From a virus (lineage: Duplodnaviria; Caudoviricetes), in IMG/VR virus record IMGVR_UViG_3300010362_000091, positions 1-26,506 of that record: DNA of 26,506 nucleotides, one strand, 5' to 3'. The notes below the pieces were generated by a model. It saw only the letters and a program-made list of their open reading frames with translations, had not been told where the DNA came from and did no database searches. Within the stretch, counting starts at the first letter, position 1. Each line of letters begins with the position of its first letter. A program made the translations under genes and the position numbers. Below are positions 7,417-16,140 of the stretch, piece by piece.

Positions 7417-8529
7417 TCATCCCCCGGCGAGCGGATTGCCCGGCGCGACGTCGAGCTTGCGCTTCTTGACCGCGGCGACGAGGCGGACGTGGATCTTCGG
7501 GGCGTGCGCCTCCATCTGCGTCAGGATCAGGTGGTTGGCCTTCTCCCAGGCCTCGATCCCGGCGACCGATTGCAGCGGCTGGATGGCGTTCAGGAAGCGG
7601 GCGCCCCATGATCGCCACTCCTCCTGCTCGCCGAGCGGGATTTCCTGCGGCGCGATTTCGCCGGTCTCCGGGTCGACGTCGAGCCCGTCGTCCGGGCCGT
7701 TGGGCGGCGGCGGCTCGGGGCCATAGTCGGGCGTTGGCGCAGGCGTAGCCGTTGGCGGGGGCGCTGGCGGTGGCGATGGCGACGCCGCAGGCGGCGGCGC
7801 TGGCGTCGGCGAAGGCGACGACGTGGACGTTGGCGATGGCGATGGCGGTGACCAGTTGTCGGCCGGGCGGGGCGCCGCGTCGGGCGGGCCGGCCTCGCCG
7901 CCGGCCATCTCCTCGTCGGAATAGTCCGACTCCTCCGGGAAGGCGGCGCGGAGGCTCATCGCCTTGGCGACCTTGAGCAGCTGGCCGCGCGGCCGGCGCG
8001 CCCACATGTCGTTGGGCAGCTCGCCGCCGCCGACGCGGCCATAGGCCTCCGCCCAATAGACGGGCTCGACGAAGGAAACGCGCTGATTGCCGACGATCCG
8101 GTAAACGGTGACGGAGCACCACTCGGGAAACGTGAGCGGGATTTCGGCGTCGACCCATTGGCCGCGCACGCGCTTGCGGCCGCGGAAGGTCTGCGTTTTT
8201 TCCGGTCCCCATTGCGGCGGGTCCATGCCGGCCCAGGCGCCGGTGCGCGCCGCCGTCACCTGCACCTCGTTGATCGACGGCCACACCGTCTCGACCTCGC
8301 GGCCGAGCGCGCTGTTCCACATGCTGACGATATTGACGGCGTGCTTCATCGGATCGAGGCCGCGCTTGCGGCAATAGGCGAGCGCGAGCATGACGGCCTC
8401 GGCGCTCCGGGCGTTGGGGAAGATCGCCTCGACATAGACGCGCCAGTCGACGGGATCGCAGTCGGCATAGGCCGGCATGGGCAGGCGCGGCGGCGGCGGG
8501 ACGGCGGGGACGGGGGCGGGCACGTTCAT
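7417..8529 (-). CDS. bet: Bet/RecT-family single-strand annealing protein
   Basis: YCRKRGLDPMKHAVNIV, AARTGAWAG, MWARRPRGQLLKVAKAMSLRAAFPE; paired with a YqaJ exonuclease. Confidence 0.88.
   Translation of the reverse strand: MNVPAPVPAVPPPPRLPMPAYADCDPVDWRVYVEAIFPNARSAEAVMLALAYCRKRGLDPMKHAVNIVSMWNSALGREVETVWPSINEVQVTAARTGAWAGMDPPQWGPEKTQTFRGRKRVRGQWVDAEIPLTFPEWCSVTVYRIVGNQRVSFVEPVYWAEAYGRVGGGELPNDMWARRPRGQLLKVAKAMSLRAAFPEESDYSDEEMAGGEAGPPDAAPRPADNWSPPSPSPTSTSSPSPTPAPPPAASPSPPPAPPPTATPAPTPDYGPEPPPPNGPDDGLDVDPETGEIAPQEIPLGEQEEWRSWGARFLNAIQPLQSVAGIEAWEKANHLILTQMEAHAPKIHVRLVAAVKKRKLDVAPGNPLAGG
7730..7849 (-). repeat. Hexamer array 4: 20 units inside the bet linker
   Basis: Plus-strand NN: tt ca ta tt gg ct gt at ac ca gc ct tc aa ac tg tt at at gt. 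Confidence 0.9.
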
Positions 8530-9356
8530 GCGGCGGTCTCCTTGAGGCTCACGGCGCCGGCGCGATTGCGCCGCACCTGGACGCCGGCGAAGTGCAGCTT
8601 GCCGACGTCCTCGGGAAGCAGGGATTTGACGCCGGCGCGGGCGGCGTCGTTGCGCTCGGCCGCGGCGCGGGTCTCGCGCCATGCGCCGAGGTGCTCGCAC
8701 ATGGCGGCGGCCCAGTTGTGCCGGGCGCGCTCGTCGGCGTCGTCGAGGTTGACCGTCCGCCATTGCTCGGGCGGGACGATCCGCGCCATGGGGACGACCG
8801 CGACGGGCGGCGTCAGCGACTCGACGCACGACCAGAACTGATCGACGCGCTGCCAGACCAGCGCCTCATATTCGGGGTCGATGCGGACCTCGATCTCCTG
8901 CGGCGCGGCGCCGCCATGGACGACGAGGAGCGCGGCGCGGTCGGCGCCGGTGCAGCCGCGCTGGCCGATCAATTGGGGGATGTAGTGGACGACCCAGTCG
9001 TCCAGGCGGTTGTGGCCGTCGATCCATTTGCAGTCGAGGCAGGTCCGGTCGTCGGCGCGCCACGCGTCGAGGGTGCAGCAGAAGAACGGGCGCGCGGGAT
9101 GGACGACGACCTCGCCGCGCCGGGATAGCTCGTGGCGGGTGCGGCGCTCGTGCCAATCGAGGGCGAGCGGCTCGACATGCGCCCCGAGCACCATGGCCCA
9201 GTTATCCGCGGAATCGCGGGGCTTCCACGCCGGGTCGCCGATGCACTCCAGCCATTTGTCGTGGATCGCGGGGCCGTCGCCCTCCATCAGGTGCGGCAGG
9301 AACGACGCCGTGATTTTCTCGGCGCGGGCGGCGCGCTGCGCGGGCGACAGCGTCAT
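8526..9356 (-). CDS. YqaJ-like (lambda exonuclease family) recombination nuclease
   Basis: RAEKITAS, G.HVEP, CTLDAW, LDCK, YIPQLIGQ, FWSCVE; ATGA-coupled. Confidence 0.85.
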   Translation of the reverse strand: MTLSPAQRAARAEKITASFLPHLMEGDGPAIHDKWLECIGDPAWKPRDSADNWAMVLGAHVEPLALDWHERRTRHELSRRGEVVVHPARPFFCCTLDAWRADDRTCLDCKWIDGHNRLDDWVVHYIPQLIGQRGCTGADRAALLVVHGGAAPQEIEVRIDPEYEALVWQRVDQFWSCVESLTPPVAVVPMARIVPPEQWRTVNLDDADERARHNWAAAMCEHLGAWRETRAAAERNDAARAGVKSLLPEDVGKLHFAGVQVRRNRAGAVSLKETAA

Positions 9357-9751
9357 CGCTTGCCTCCCCCCGCCGCCGGGAGCGCGTATCGCCCCTTGCT
9401 CGGCGAGATGATCTTGCGCTGCTTCTTCAGCAGCGACATCGCTGTGCTCACGGATCTCGGATTGCGCCCGAGGCGGCCGAATTCGGCCTGGACCTGCTCC
9501 GTCGTCGCCGCGCCGCCGGCCGCCTTCAGGAAGTCGAAGGCAATCTGGTCGCCGGTGCGCGGGTCGCCGGGACGGTCGGCGTCGGCATGCGACCGCGGCC
9601 GATGCTGGTGTCGGCGCCGCGGACCGTTGGCGGCGCCGTCGTCGCATTGGCGGACGCCGATTAGCTCGGCCTCGCCGTCGAGGGTTTGCAGGATCACCGG
9701 CAGGCGCTTGGCGCTAGCGCGGATCGTCACGTCGAACAGCTTCGTCGTCAT
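9353..9751 (-). CDS. Hypothetical protein with a C-terminal wHTH-like segment
   Basis: ATTEQVQAEF..SVSTAMSLLKKQRKIISPSKGRYAL; similar to 22270..22728. Confidence 0.6.
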   Translation of the reverse strand: MTTKLFDVTIRASAKRLPVILQTLDGEAELIGVRQCDDGAANGPRRRHQHRPRSHADADRPGDPRTGDQIAFDFLKAAGGAATTEQVQAEFGRLGRNPRSVSTAMSLLKKQRKIISPSKGRYALPAAGGGKR

Positions 9752-10247
9752 GGTTGGCGGCTCCTGGCGCTGGTAGGAGCGGCTTCATTTCACCGCTCTT
9801 GTAAATTGCGGCGATGCGCGGCTTGACGTGCTGCGCGACGGTCCGCCCGTCGGGCATGACGACATGCGGCATGAACTCGGTCTCGAAATCGGTGATGCCG
9901 GCCTCGATGGCCTCAAGCTTGGCGAGCAGCACGAGGCGGAGCGCGCGCCATGACGACCGGCACGCCTGCTCCCAGGCGGCGAGCGCGGCCTCGGGCGACC
10001 GGCGCGCGCGGACGCGCGATTGATTGACCCGCGACAGGGTGAACCGCTCGTCGTCGCGACGCGGCAGCGGAAGCTCGAACATGATCCGCCGGGCCTGCGC
10101 CTCGAACAAAATCATTGCGCGGTCGGACGTGTTGTAGAAGGCGGTCGACGTCGCGCCATAGCGGACGAGCAATCGCTCAATTTCCCCGCGGGTCCGCTCA
10201 ACGGGGACGTCGGATTCGGCGGCAAAGCGCAGGCGAGTCGCGACCAT
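9714..10247 (-). CDS. Phage hypothetical protein
   Basis: SDVPVERTRGEIERLLVRYGA..WRALRLVLLAKLEAIEAGITDFETEFMPHVVMPDGRTV; GGAG RBS. Confidence 0.8.
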   Translation of the reverse strand: MVATRLRFAAESDVPVERTRGEIERLLVRYGATSTAFYNTSDRAMILFEAQARRIMFELPLPRRDDERFTLSRVNQSRVRARRSPEAALAAWEQACRSSWRALRLVLLAKLEAIEAGITDFETEFMPHVVMPDGRTVAQHVKPRIAAIYKSGEMKPLLPAPGAANHDDEAVRRDDPR

Positions 10248-10323
10248 GGGCGCGCTCCCGGGGGCGGCGGCGGCGGATTGGGGATCGGGGTCGCGCGGGG
10301 GCGGCGGCCCCAATTACCTTTTA

Positions 10324-10366
10324 ACGGTACGGCGCCCCCCCTAAGTCGTCAACACCTAAGGGTGTT
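10324..10366 (-). promoter_or_regulatory. pL-like sigma70 promoter with adjacent palindrome
   Basis: Minus strand TTGACG-N17-TACCGT (10352-10324); AACACC-TAAG-GGTGTT at 10351-10366. Confidence 0.6.
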
Positions 10367-10577
10367 ACCGGAACATCGCATACAGCAAAGAGCGAACGCG
10401 GCGATTGTTCGCGGGCCGGGCGAGCGGCTACATGATCCGGGGGGCTATGTCGTCCGGCCGACGCAATGGGTGGGGGCGTGGCAGATCGCCGCAGCCGCGG
10501 CGGTCCCGGATAGGGGATTCCGGGGTTTCCCTGAGGATCGGTGTCGCTATACCGCGGGGGCTGTGGATAACTCGGGG

Positions 10578-11207
10578 CTATCGCGAGTACTTGCCGATGA
10601 CCCGTTGGCACCGCGGCCATCGCGCCTTGTCGTATGAGACCGGCTTGGTGCCCCGGTTCCATTGGCGCAATTGCCACGCCCGGTCGGAATTGCCGACGAG
10701 CCGGCCGAGGGCGGCGGCGGCGCCGTCGCCGATCAGGAGAACGTCCTTGCCAAGTTCCGGGGGCATATGGGGATGGATCAGCGCCGTATCGCCGACCTCA
10801 AAGGCCGGCTCATGCGCGGTCGTCGACACCAGCACGCCGTAGGCATCCTTCACGGACTTCAGCGGCGCGGGCCGCAGGGTGTAGCTAATTGGTTCCGCCG
10901 TCAGCATCATGTCCCACCCAACGCGCTCGCTGCCATGCACCGGCAGGTCCCGTTCGTCGGCAAATAGGGGAATAGCCGACGGCGGGGACGCCGGCGGCAG
11001 GGCAGGGCTGCTTCCTCCCGGTAATGACTGTTCGGTGACAATACCAAGGTGGGTCGCTATCCGCGACATGTATCGTGAAAACTTGATCTGCCCGCGCTCG
11101 ATCTTGTCGATGGTCTGCATATGCGACCCGACGGCGCGGGCGAGGGCCTGCTGGCTCATCCCCAACTCCTTGCGCCGTCTTTTGATTTTTTCACCTAGCT
11201 CGCTCAT
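10578..11207 (-). CDS. cI: CI-like repressor (XRE HTH plus degenerate S24 domain)
   Basis: LGEKIKRRRKELGMSQQALARAVG..IERG; AYGVLVSTTAHEPAFEVGDTALIHP; divergent from a cro-like gene. Confidence 0.85.
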   Translation of the reverse strand: MSELGEKIKRRRKELGMSQQALARAVGSHMQTIDKIERGQIKFSRYMSRIATHLGIVTEQSLPGGSSPALPPASPPSAIPLFADERDLPVHGSERVGWDMMLTAEPISYTLRPAPLKSVKDAYGVLVSTTAHEPAFEVGDTALIHPHMPPELGKDVLLIGDGAAAALGRLVGNSDRAWQLRQWNRGTKPVSYDKARWPRCQRVIGKYSR

Positions 11208-11354
11208 CTGCATCCGGGCCCCCGCCGTCGGCTAATACCCAAACATATCACCTGCGCTACCTACGCGCGCCTAATATTGCGCTATATAGCCTTATATGAC
11301 CTTATAAAAAAAGAGGGTTGCGGGCGGCCCGGTCCGGGGGGCTAGCGTTACCGG

Positions 11355-11612
11355 ATGAGCCGGAAGTCGATGGAGCGGGCGATTGCGATCTTCGGGTCCG
11401 AGGCCAAGCTCGGGGAGGCCATCGGCTATACGCAGCACGCCGTCTGGCGCGCCAAGAGATCCGGTCGACCGTCGGCGGAGATGGCGGTCGCCATCGACCT
11501 AGCTACCAACGGGATCGTCTCGCGCTATGCCCTGCGCCCCGACGTCTTCGTGACCGACGTCGACGCGCAGCGCAAGAAGCACGCAGCAACCCTCCCGCGT
11601 TTTGTCGCCTAA
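11355..11612 (+). CDS. cro: Cro/YdaS-like regulator
   Basis: AIAIFGSEAKLGEAIGYTQHAV..AIDLATNGIVSRYALRPDVF. Confidence 0.8.
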   Translation: MSRKSMERAIAIFGSEAKLGEAIGYTQHAVWRAKRSGRPSAEMAVAIDLATNGIVSRYALRPDVFVTDVDAQRKKHAATLPRFVA

Positions 11613-11648
11613 ACAAGGAGTCGCCATAGCGGCCCCGCCGGGAGTCCT

Positions 11649-12080
11649 TTGCCAATGGCGGAAGCGCGTCAGCTTCATTTATTCGGCGGCCCGCGACAGC
11701 GCGGGACCGCGGCGCCCCCGCCGCTCGAATTCGCCCTTCAATGCATGGTCGCCGACACGCTGCGCCGCTGGTCGTCGCCGGGCTGGCTGTGGACGCACGT
11801 CGCGTCGGGCGAATTGCGCCAGCCGATTACCGCCGCGCGATTGCAGCGCATGGGCGTGCAGCGCGGCTGGCCGGATTTCCTCCTGCTGGCGCCGGGCGGG
11901 CGACCGCACGCGCTCGAATTGAAGCGGCGCCGGACCGGGCGCGTCACCGACGAGCAGGACGCGTTCGCGCAATGGTGCGCGGCCAACGGATGCCCGCACG
12001 CCTGCGTCGACACCTATCCCGCCGCGGTCGCCGCGCTGAAGCGGTGGGGCGCGGTGCGCACCGGCATCGAGACCTGGTGA
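11649..12080 (+). CDS. VRR-NUC / PD-(D/E)XK nuclease
   Basis: MGVQRGWPDF, LELK, GRVTDEQ. Confidence 0.85.
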   Translation: MPMAEARQLHLFGGPRQRGTAAPPPLEFALQCMVADTLRRWSSPGWLWTHVASGELRQPITAARLQRMGVQRGWPDFLLLAPGGRPHALELKRRRTGRVTDEQDAFAQWCAANGCPHACVDTYPAAVAALKRWGAVRTGIETW

Positions 12081-12084
12081 GCCC

Positions 12085-12444
12085 ATGGGACCCTCGTGCG
12101 AACGCTGCGGCCGGCCATTGCGTCTGGGCGTCCCGCTGTCGCCGCTCAAGGCGCGCCTGTTCGACGTCGTCGCGCGCGCCGGCGCGACCGGGATCGCCGG
12201 CGACGATCTGTTCGCCATTGCGCTCGGCGACCGCCGCGCGTCCCGCATGTCGGGGCTCAAGGCGCACGTCTGGCAGATCAACGCGGCGCTGGCGGCGACC
12301 GGCTATCGGATCGCCGGGCGCGGCGGCTTTTTCCGATTGATCGGACCGGAGGGCGAGAGGTGGAAACGTACTACTGGGGATGGCGCGACAACGACGGCGC
12401 GGCGCACGTGCGGCGCGGGTCCGGCGGCGTCGGCCGACCGCTGA
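12085..12444 (+). CDS. Hypothetical wHTH-like protein
   Basis: LSPLKARLFD..LKAHVWQINAAL..GYRI.GRGGFFRL. Confidence 0.5.
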   Translation: MGPSCERCGRPLRLGVPLSPLKARLFDVVARAGATGIAGDDLFAIALGDRRASRMSGLKAHVWQINAALAATGYRIAGRGGFFRLIGPEGERWKRTTGDGATTTARRTCGAGPAASADR

Positions 12445-12677
12445 AGCCCGGCGGCTTCGACTGGGGCTACCACAATGCCGCGGCGTCGGCGCTGGCGCTG
12501 GCGATCCTCCTCGACGTGCTCGGCGACGCCCGGCGCGCGCGGCGGCTGCAGCTGGTGTTTCGCGTGCGCGTCATTCAGCGGCTCGACCGCGGCGCGCGGT
12601 GGATGCTGACGCGGCGCGCGGTCCTCGATCATGTCGCGGCAATCGACCACGAGCAGGGGTTGCGAGAGGTGTCGTGA
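12360..12677 (+). CDS. DUF6166-like phage protein
   Basis: GFDWGY..ALALAILLDVLGD; GTG start at 12360 with upstream GGAGG. Confidence 0.6.
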   Translation: METYYWGWRDNDGAAHVRRGSGGVGRPLKPGGFDWGYHNAAASALALAILLDVLGDARRARRLQLVFRVRVIQRLDRGARWMLTRRAVLDHVAAIDHEQGLREVS

Positions 12678-13645
12678 GGGCGGACGAGCTAGCGCGGGCG
12701 CTAGGGGGGAAGAAGGCCGGTCGGCAGTGGCAATGCCGCTGCCCCGCGCACGCCGACCGCGACCCGTCGCTGATCGTCTTCGACGGGCGGTCCGCGGTGC
12801 AGGTCCGCTGTCTCGCCGGGTGCGCGCCGGCCGACGTCATCGCGGCCTGTCGGCGGCTCGGCGTCTGGCATGACGACGCGGCCGACGAGCGGGCGGCGAT
12901 TGCGGCCGCGCGGGCGCGGCGGCAGCAGGAACTGGACGAAAAGCGGGCGCGGGCGGAGGCGGAATTGCGCGCCCGGGCGCTGGCGATCTGGGACGAGGCG
13001 CGGCCGGCGGCCGGGACCGCGGTGGAGACCGTCTATCTGCGCTGGTGGCGCGGGGTAGAGGTGCCGTCGGCGGCGCGCGCGCATCTGCTGTCGGAGGTGC
13101 TCCGGTTCCATCCGGCGTGTCCGCGGCGCGGCGGGCGGGCGCCGGCCATGGTGGCGCTGATGCGGTCGATCCATGGCGACCGGCCGACGGCGGTCCACCG
13201 GACGTTTCTCGACGGCCAGTGGCGCAAGGCGGGCGAGCCCATGATGCTCGGCGCGGCGGCCGGGGCGGCGATCAAACTGACGCCGCACGACGCCACGTTC
13301 GCCGACGAATTCGTCTATTGCCCGCGGCTCAACATTGCCGAGGGGATCGAGACGGGACTGACGCAGCTGTGCCGCGGTCATGCGCCGCTATGGGCGCTCG
13401 GGTCGGCCGGGGCGATTGAGCGGTTCCCGGTTCTGTTCGCGGTGGGCGAACTTTGCGTCTGGGGCGATTTGGATTGGCCGACGTCGCGCGGCTACGGCGA
13501 GTTCGAGAACGCCGGGCCGGGCGAGCGGGCGGCGGCGATCTGCATCGCGCGCTGGCAGGCGGCGGGCCGGCGCGCGTTCGGTTTGATGCCGCGGCCGCCG
13601 GCGGCGGAATTTGCCGCGCGCGATTTCAACGATCAGGTGGCCTAG
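12674..13645 (+). CDS. Zn-finger/Toprim primase-like protein
   Basis: CRCPAHADRDPSL..CLAGC; LRFHPAC; AVHRTFL; IAEGIETG; GTGA overlap. Confidence 0.85.
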   Translation: MRADELARALGGKKAGRQWQCRCPAHADRDPSLIVFDGRSAVQVRCLAGCAPADVIAACRRLGVWHDDAADERAAIAAARARRQQELDEKRARAEAELRARALAIWDEARPAAGTAVETVYLRWWRGVEVPSAARAHLLSEVLRFHPACPRRGGRAPAMVALMRSIHGDRPTAVHRTFLDGQWRKAGEPMMLGAAAGAAIKLTPHDATFADEFVYCPRLNIAEGIETGLTQLCRGHAPLWALGSAGAIERFPVLFAVGELCVWGDLDWPTSRGYGEFENAGPGERAAAICIARWQAAGRRAFGLMPRPPAAEFAARDFNDQVA

Positions 13646-15058
13646 ATGGCCGACGACGACGACGAGAACGTCATCCCGATCAAGCCGGCGCCGGCCTATG
13701 CGCTCCCCGATTTCGTGCCGACGGGCGAGACCATGTGCGTCGAATTCGAGCGCCGCTATGGCGAGCGGCTTCGCCATGTCGCCCCGTGGGGGAAGTGGTT
13801 CATTTGGGACCAGGGCGTATGGGCCGAGGACGAGACGCTGCGCGTCGTCGACCTCGCCGGGCTTTTAGCGCGCGACATCGGCGGGATTGCGAAGAAGCGG
13901 CGCGAGCGCATGGCGATTGAGGCCTCGCGGACGGTGTCGTCGCTGGAGCGGCGGGCGCGGTCGGCGCCGGCGCTCGCGGCCCGCGTCGAGGCGTGGGACG
14001 TCGATCCGCTGCTGCTCAACGGGCCGCGCGGGACGGTCGATCTGGCGACCGGGCACATGCGCGGGCACCGGCGCGAGGACTATTGCACGCGGGCGACGGC
14101 GGTCTCGCCGACGCCGGCGCCGCCGCTGCGGTGGCTGACGTTTCTCCAGCGCGTGACCGGCGGCAATGCGGATCTGATCGGCTTCCTGCAGCGGGTCTGC
14201 GGCTATTGCCTGACCGGCCGGACCGACGAGCAGTGTTTGTTCTTCGTCTGGGGCCCCGGCGGCAATGGCAAGGGGACCTTCGTTCACACCATCACCAACA
14301 TCCTCGGGGGCTATGCCCGGGCGGCAGCCATCGAGACGTTCGTTGAGACGCGCTACGAGCGCCACCCGGAGGAATTGGCGACGCTGCGCGGCGCCCGGCT
14401 GGTGACCGCCTCGGAGACGGAGGAGGGGCGGGCATGGAATGAATCGCGGATCAAGGCGCTCACCGGCGGCGACGTCGTCCGCGCCCGCTTCATGCGGATG
14501 GACAGCTTCGAGTACGTGCCGCAGTTCAAGCTGCTCATTATCGGCAATAAAAAGCCGGCGTTCAAATCCATCGACCGGGCCGTCCGCCGGCGCCTGCACC
14601 TGATCCCGTTCACCGTCGAAATCTCCGACGAGGAGCGCGACAAGCTGCTCGACGAGCACCTGCGCGGCGAATGGCCGGCCATCCTTAGCTGGATGGTCCA
14701 GGGCTGCCTGGAATGGCGGGCGCGCGGGCTGGCGCCGCCGGCGGTCGTCGCCGCGTCGACGGCGGAATACCTGGAGGCGGAGGACGCCGTCGGGACGTGG
14801 CTCGAGGAATGCTGCGACCGGCTGCGCGACAGCTTCACCGCGTCGGCGGCGCTGTTCGCCGGCTGGAAGGCGTGGGCCGAGGCGCGCGGTGAGCGGGTCG
14901 GGACGATCCGGACCTTCGTCCAGAATTTGCAGGGGCGCGGCTTCGTGCTCGGCCGCACCGACCGGGCGCGCGGCTTCCGCGACCTGATCCTGACCCCGGA
15001 GAAGAAGCGGCCGGCCGACGACGGCGACGGCGACCCCGAGCTATGGCGGAACCGATGA
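13646..15058 (+). CDS. P4/D5-family SF3 helicase (primase C-terminal type)
   Basis: GPGGNGKGT Walker A, LRGARLVTASE, IKALTGGD, RRRLHLIPF. Confidence 0.92.
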   Translation: MADDDDENVIPIKPAPAYALPDFVPTGETMCVEFERRYGERLRHVAPWGKWFIWDQGVWAEDETLRVVDLAGLLARDIGGIAKKRRERMAIEASRTVSSLERRARSAPALAARVEAWDVDPLLLNGPRGTVDLATGHMRGHRREDYCTRATAVSPTPAPPLRWLTFLQRVTGGNADLIGFLQRVCGYCLTGRTDEQCLFFVWGPGGNGKGTFVHTITNILGGYARAAAIETFVETRYERHPEELATLRGARLVTASETEEGRAWNESRIKALTGGDVVRARFMRMDSFEYVPQFKLLIIGNKKPAFKSIDRAVRRRLHLIPFTVEISDEERDKLLDEHLRGEWPAILSWMVQGCLEWRARGLAPPAVVAASTAEYLEAEDAVGTWLEECCDRLRDSFTASAALFAGWKAWAEARGERVGTIRTFVQNLQGRGFVLGRTDRARGFRDLILTPEKKRPADDGDGDPELWRNR

Positions 15059-16140
15059 CCGTGCGGGCGGCAACGCTGTTCAGCGGGATCGGCGCCGCGG
15101 AGGCGGCGATGCCGGGCTGGTGCTGGCTGTGGTGCGCGGAGGTCGAGCGGTTCCCCGCCGCGGTCATGGCGGCGCGGCATCCGGCGGTCCCGAACCTTGG
15201 AGATGTTACGGCCGATGATTTCGTCAAGCGCGCCGCCGCCGTCGGGCGGCCAGATGTCGTTGTTTTCGGTTCCCCCTGCCAGGACTTCAGCGTCGCCGGG
15301 GGACGTCGCGGCCTGGCTGGCGCGCGCGGCAACCTCACGCTCGTCGCCCTGGGAGTTGTTGCACGACTTGAGCCCCGTTGGTTCGTCGTCGAGAACGTTC
15401 CCGGTCTCCTGTCGTCCGCCGACGGGCGCGACTTCGGGCTTTTCCTGCGAGCGGTGGATGACGTCGGGTATTCTGGCGCGTGGGCATGCCTGGACGCGCA
15501 GTGGTTCGGCGTGGCGCAGCGGCGCGCGCGTCTGTTCTTTGTCGGACACGCTGGAGACTGGCGCGGTCCCGCGGCGGTACTTTTTGAGCCCGAAGGCCTG
15601 TGCGGGGATTCTCCGCCGCGCCGCGGCGCGGGATCGGAACCTGCCGCAGGCGTTGCGAGCCGCACTGGCGGCGGCGGCTGGCCCGACGGCGGCGACGGCC
15701 GGCACAGCCACCTGATCCCGGCCGCGTTCGGCGGCAACGACACGCGCGGGCCGATTGACGTCGCGACCGCCTGCAACGGGCACGGCGGGCCGCATGGGCG
15801 GCTGGACTTCGAGAGCGAGACTTTCGCGGTGTGCCTCGCCAGCGACCCGATCCACGCGCGCGAGGTCGGCATGCCGCAGACGGCGCGTAACGGCGATCCC
15901 GGCGTGGTGGCGACGGCCGCCCGGGTGCGCCGTCTGACGCCGCGCGAATGCGAGCGGTTGCAGGGCTTCCCCGACGACTACACGCAGGTCTGCGACCGCG
16001 GGCGCCCGGCGGCGGACGGACCGCGCTACCGCGCAATTGGCAACGCCATGGCGGTCCCGGTGATGCGGTGGATCCTGGGGCGCGTCGAGGCGGTCGAGGC
16101 GATCATGGGGGGCGACCCCGAGTTATGGAGGAACCGATGA
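15055..16140 (+). CDS. dcm: DNA (cytosine-5) methyltransferase
   Basis: LFSGIG, GSPCQDFS, ENV, QRRARLF, RRLTPRECERLQGFP, IGNAMAVPV. Confidence 0.93.
   Translation: MTVRAATLFSGIGAAEAAMPGWCWLWCAEVERFPAAVMAARHPAVPNLGDVTADDFVKRAAAVGRPDVVVFGSPCQDFSVAGGRRGLAGARGNLTLVALGVVARLEPRWFVVENVPGLLSSADGRDFGLFLRAVDDVGYSGAWACLDAQWFGVAQRRARLFFVGHAGDWRGPAAVLFEPEGLCGDSPPRRGAGSEPAAGVASRTGGGGWPDGGDGRHSHLIPAAFGGNDTRGPIDVATACNGHGGPHGRLDFESETFAVCLASDPIHAREVGMPQTARNGDPGVVATAARVRRLTPRECERLQGFPDDYTQVCDRGRPAADGPRYRAIGNAMAVPVMRWILGRVEAVEAIMGGDPELWRNR
15197..15715 (+). CDS. Alternative-frame ORF nested in the methyltransferase (start uncertain)
   Basis: SLSDTLETGAVPRRYFLSPKACAGILRRAAARDRNLP looks protein-like and resembles C5-MTase-associated segments. 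Confidence 0.5.
   Translation: MEMLRPMISSSAPPPSGGQMSLFSVPPARTSASPGDVAAWLARAATSRSSPWELLHDLSPVGSSSRTFPVSCRPPTGATSGFSCERWMTSGILARGHAWTRSGSAWRSGARVCSLSDTLETGAVPRRYFLSPKACAGILRRAAARDRNLPQALRAALAAAAGPTAATAGTAT

Noticed and set aside
4892-7849. CRISPR array to go with the Cas7-like gene
   Set aside because: No 25-40 bp repeats with unique spacers were seen anywhere in the window; the repeats have a 6-nt period
8486-8520. Pro-rich stretch at the bet N-terminus (and at 1955-1990) as further arrays
   Set aside because: Ordinary mixed Pro codons without a sustained CGCC-NN register
11649-11660. TGCCAATGGC as another operator copy
   Set aside because: Spacer is 1 nt rather than 3 and it overlaps a start codon
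14353-16036. Long antisense ORFs (500, 345 and 233 aa)
   Set aside because: Shadow ORFs of the helicase and methyltransferase in GC-rich DNA
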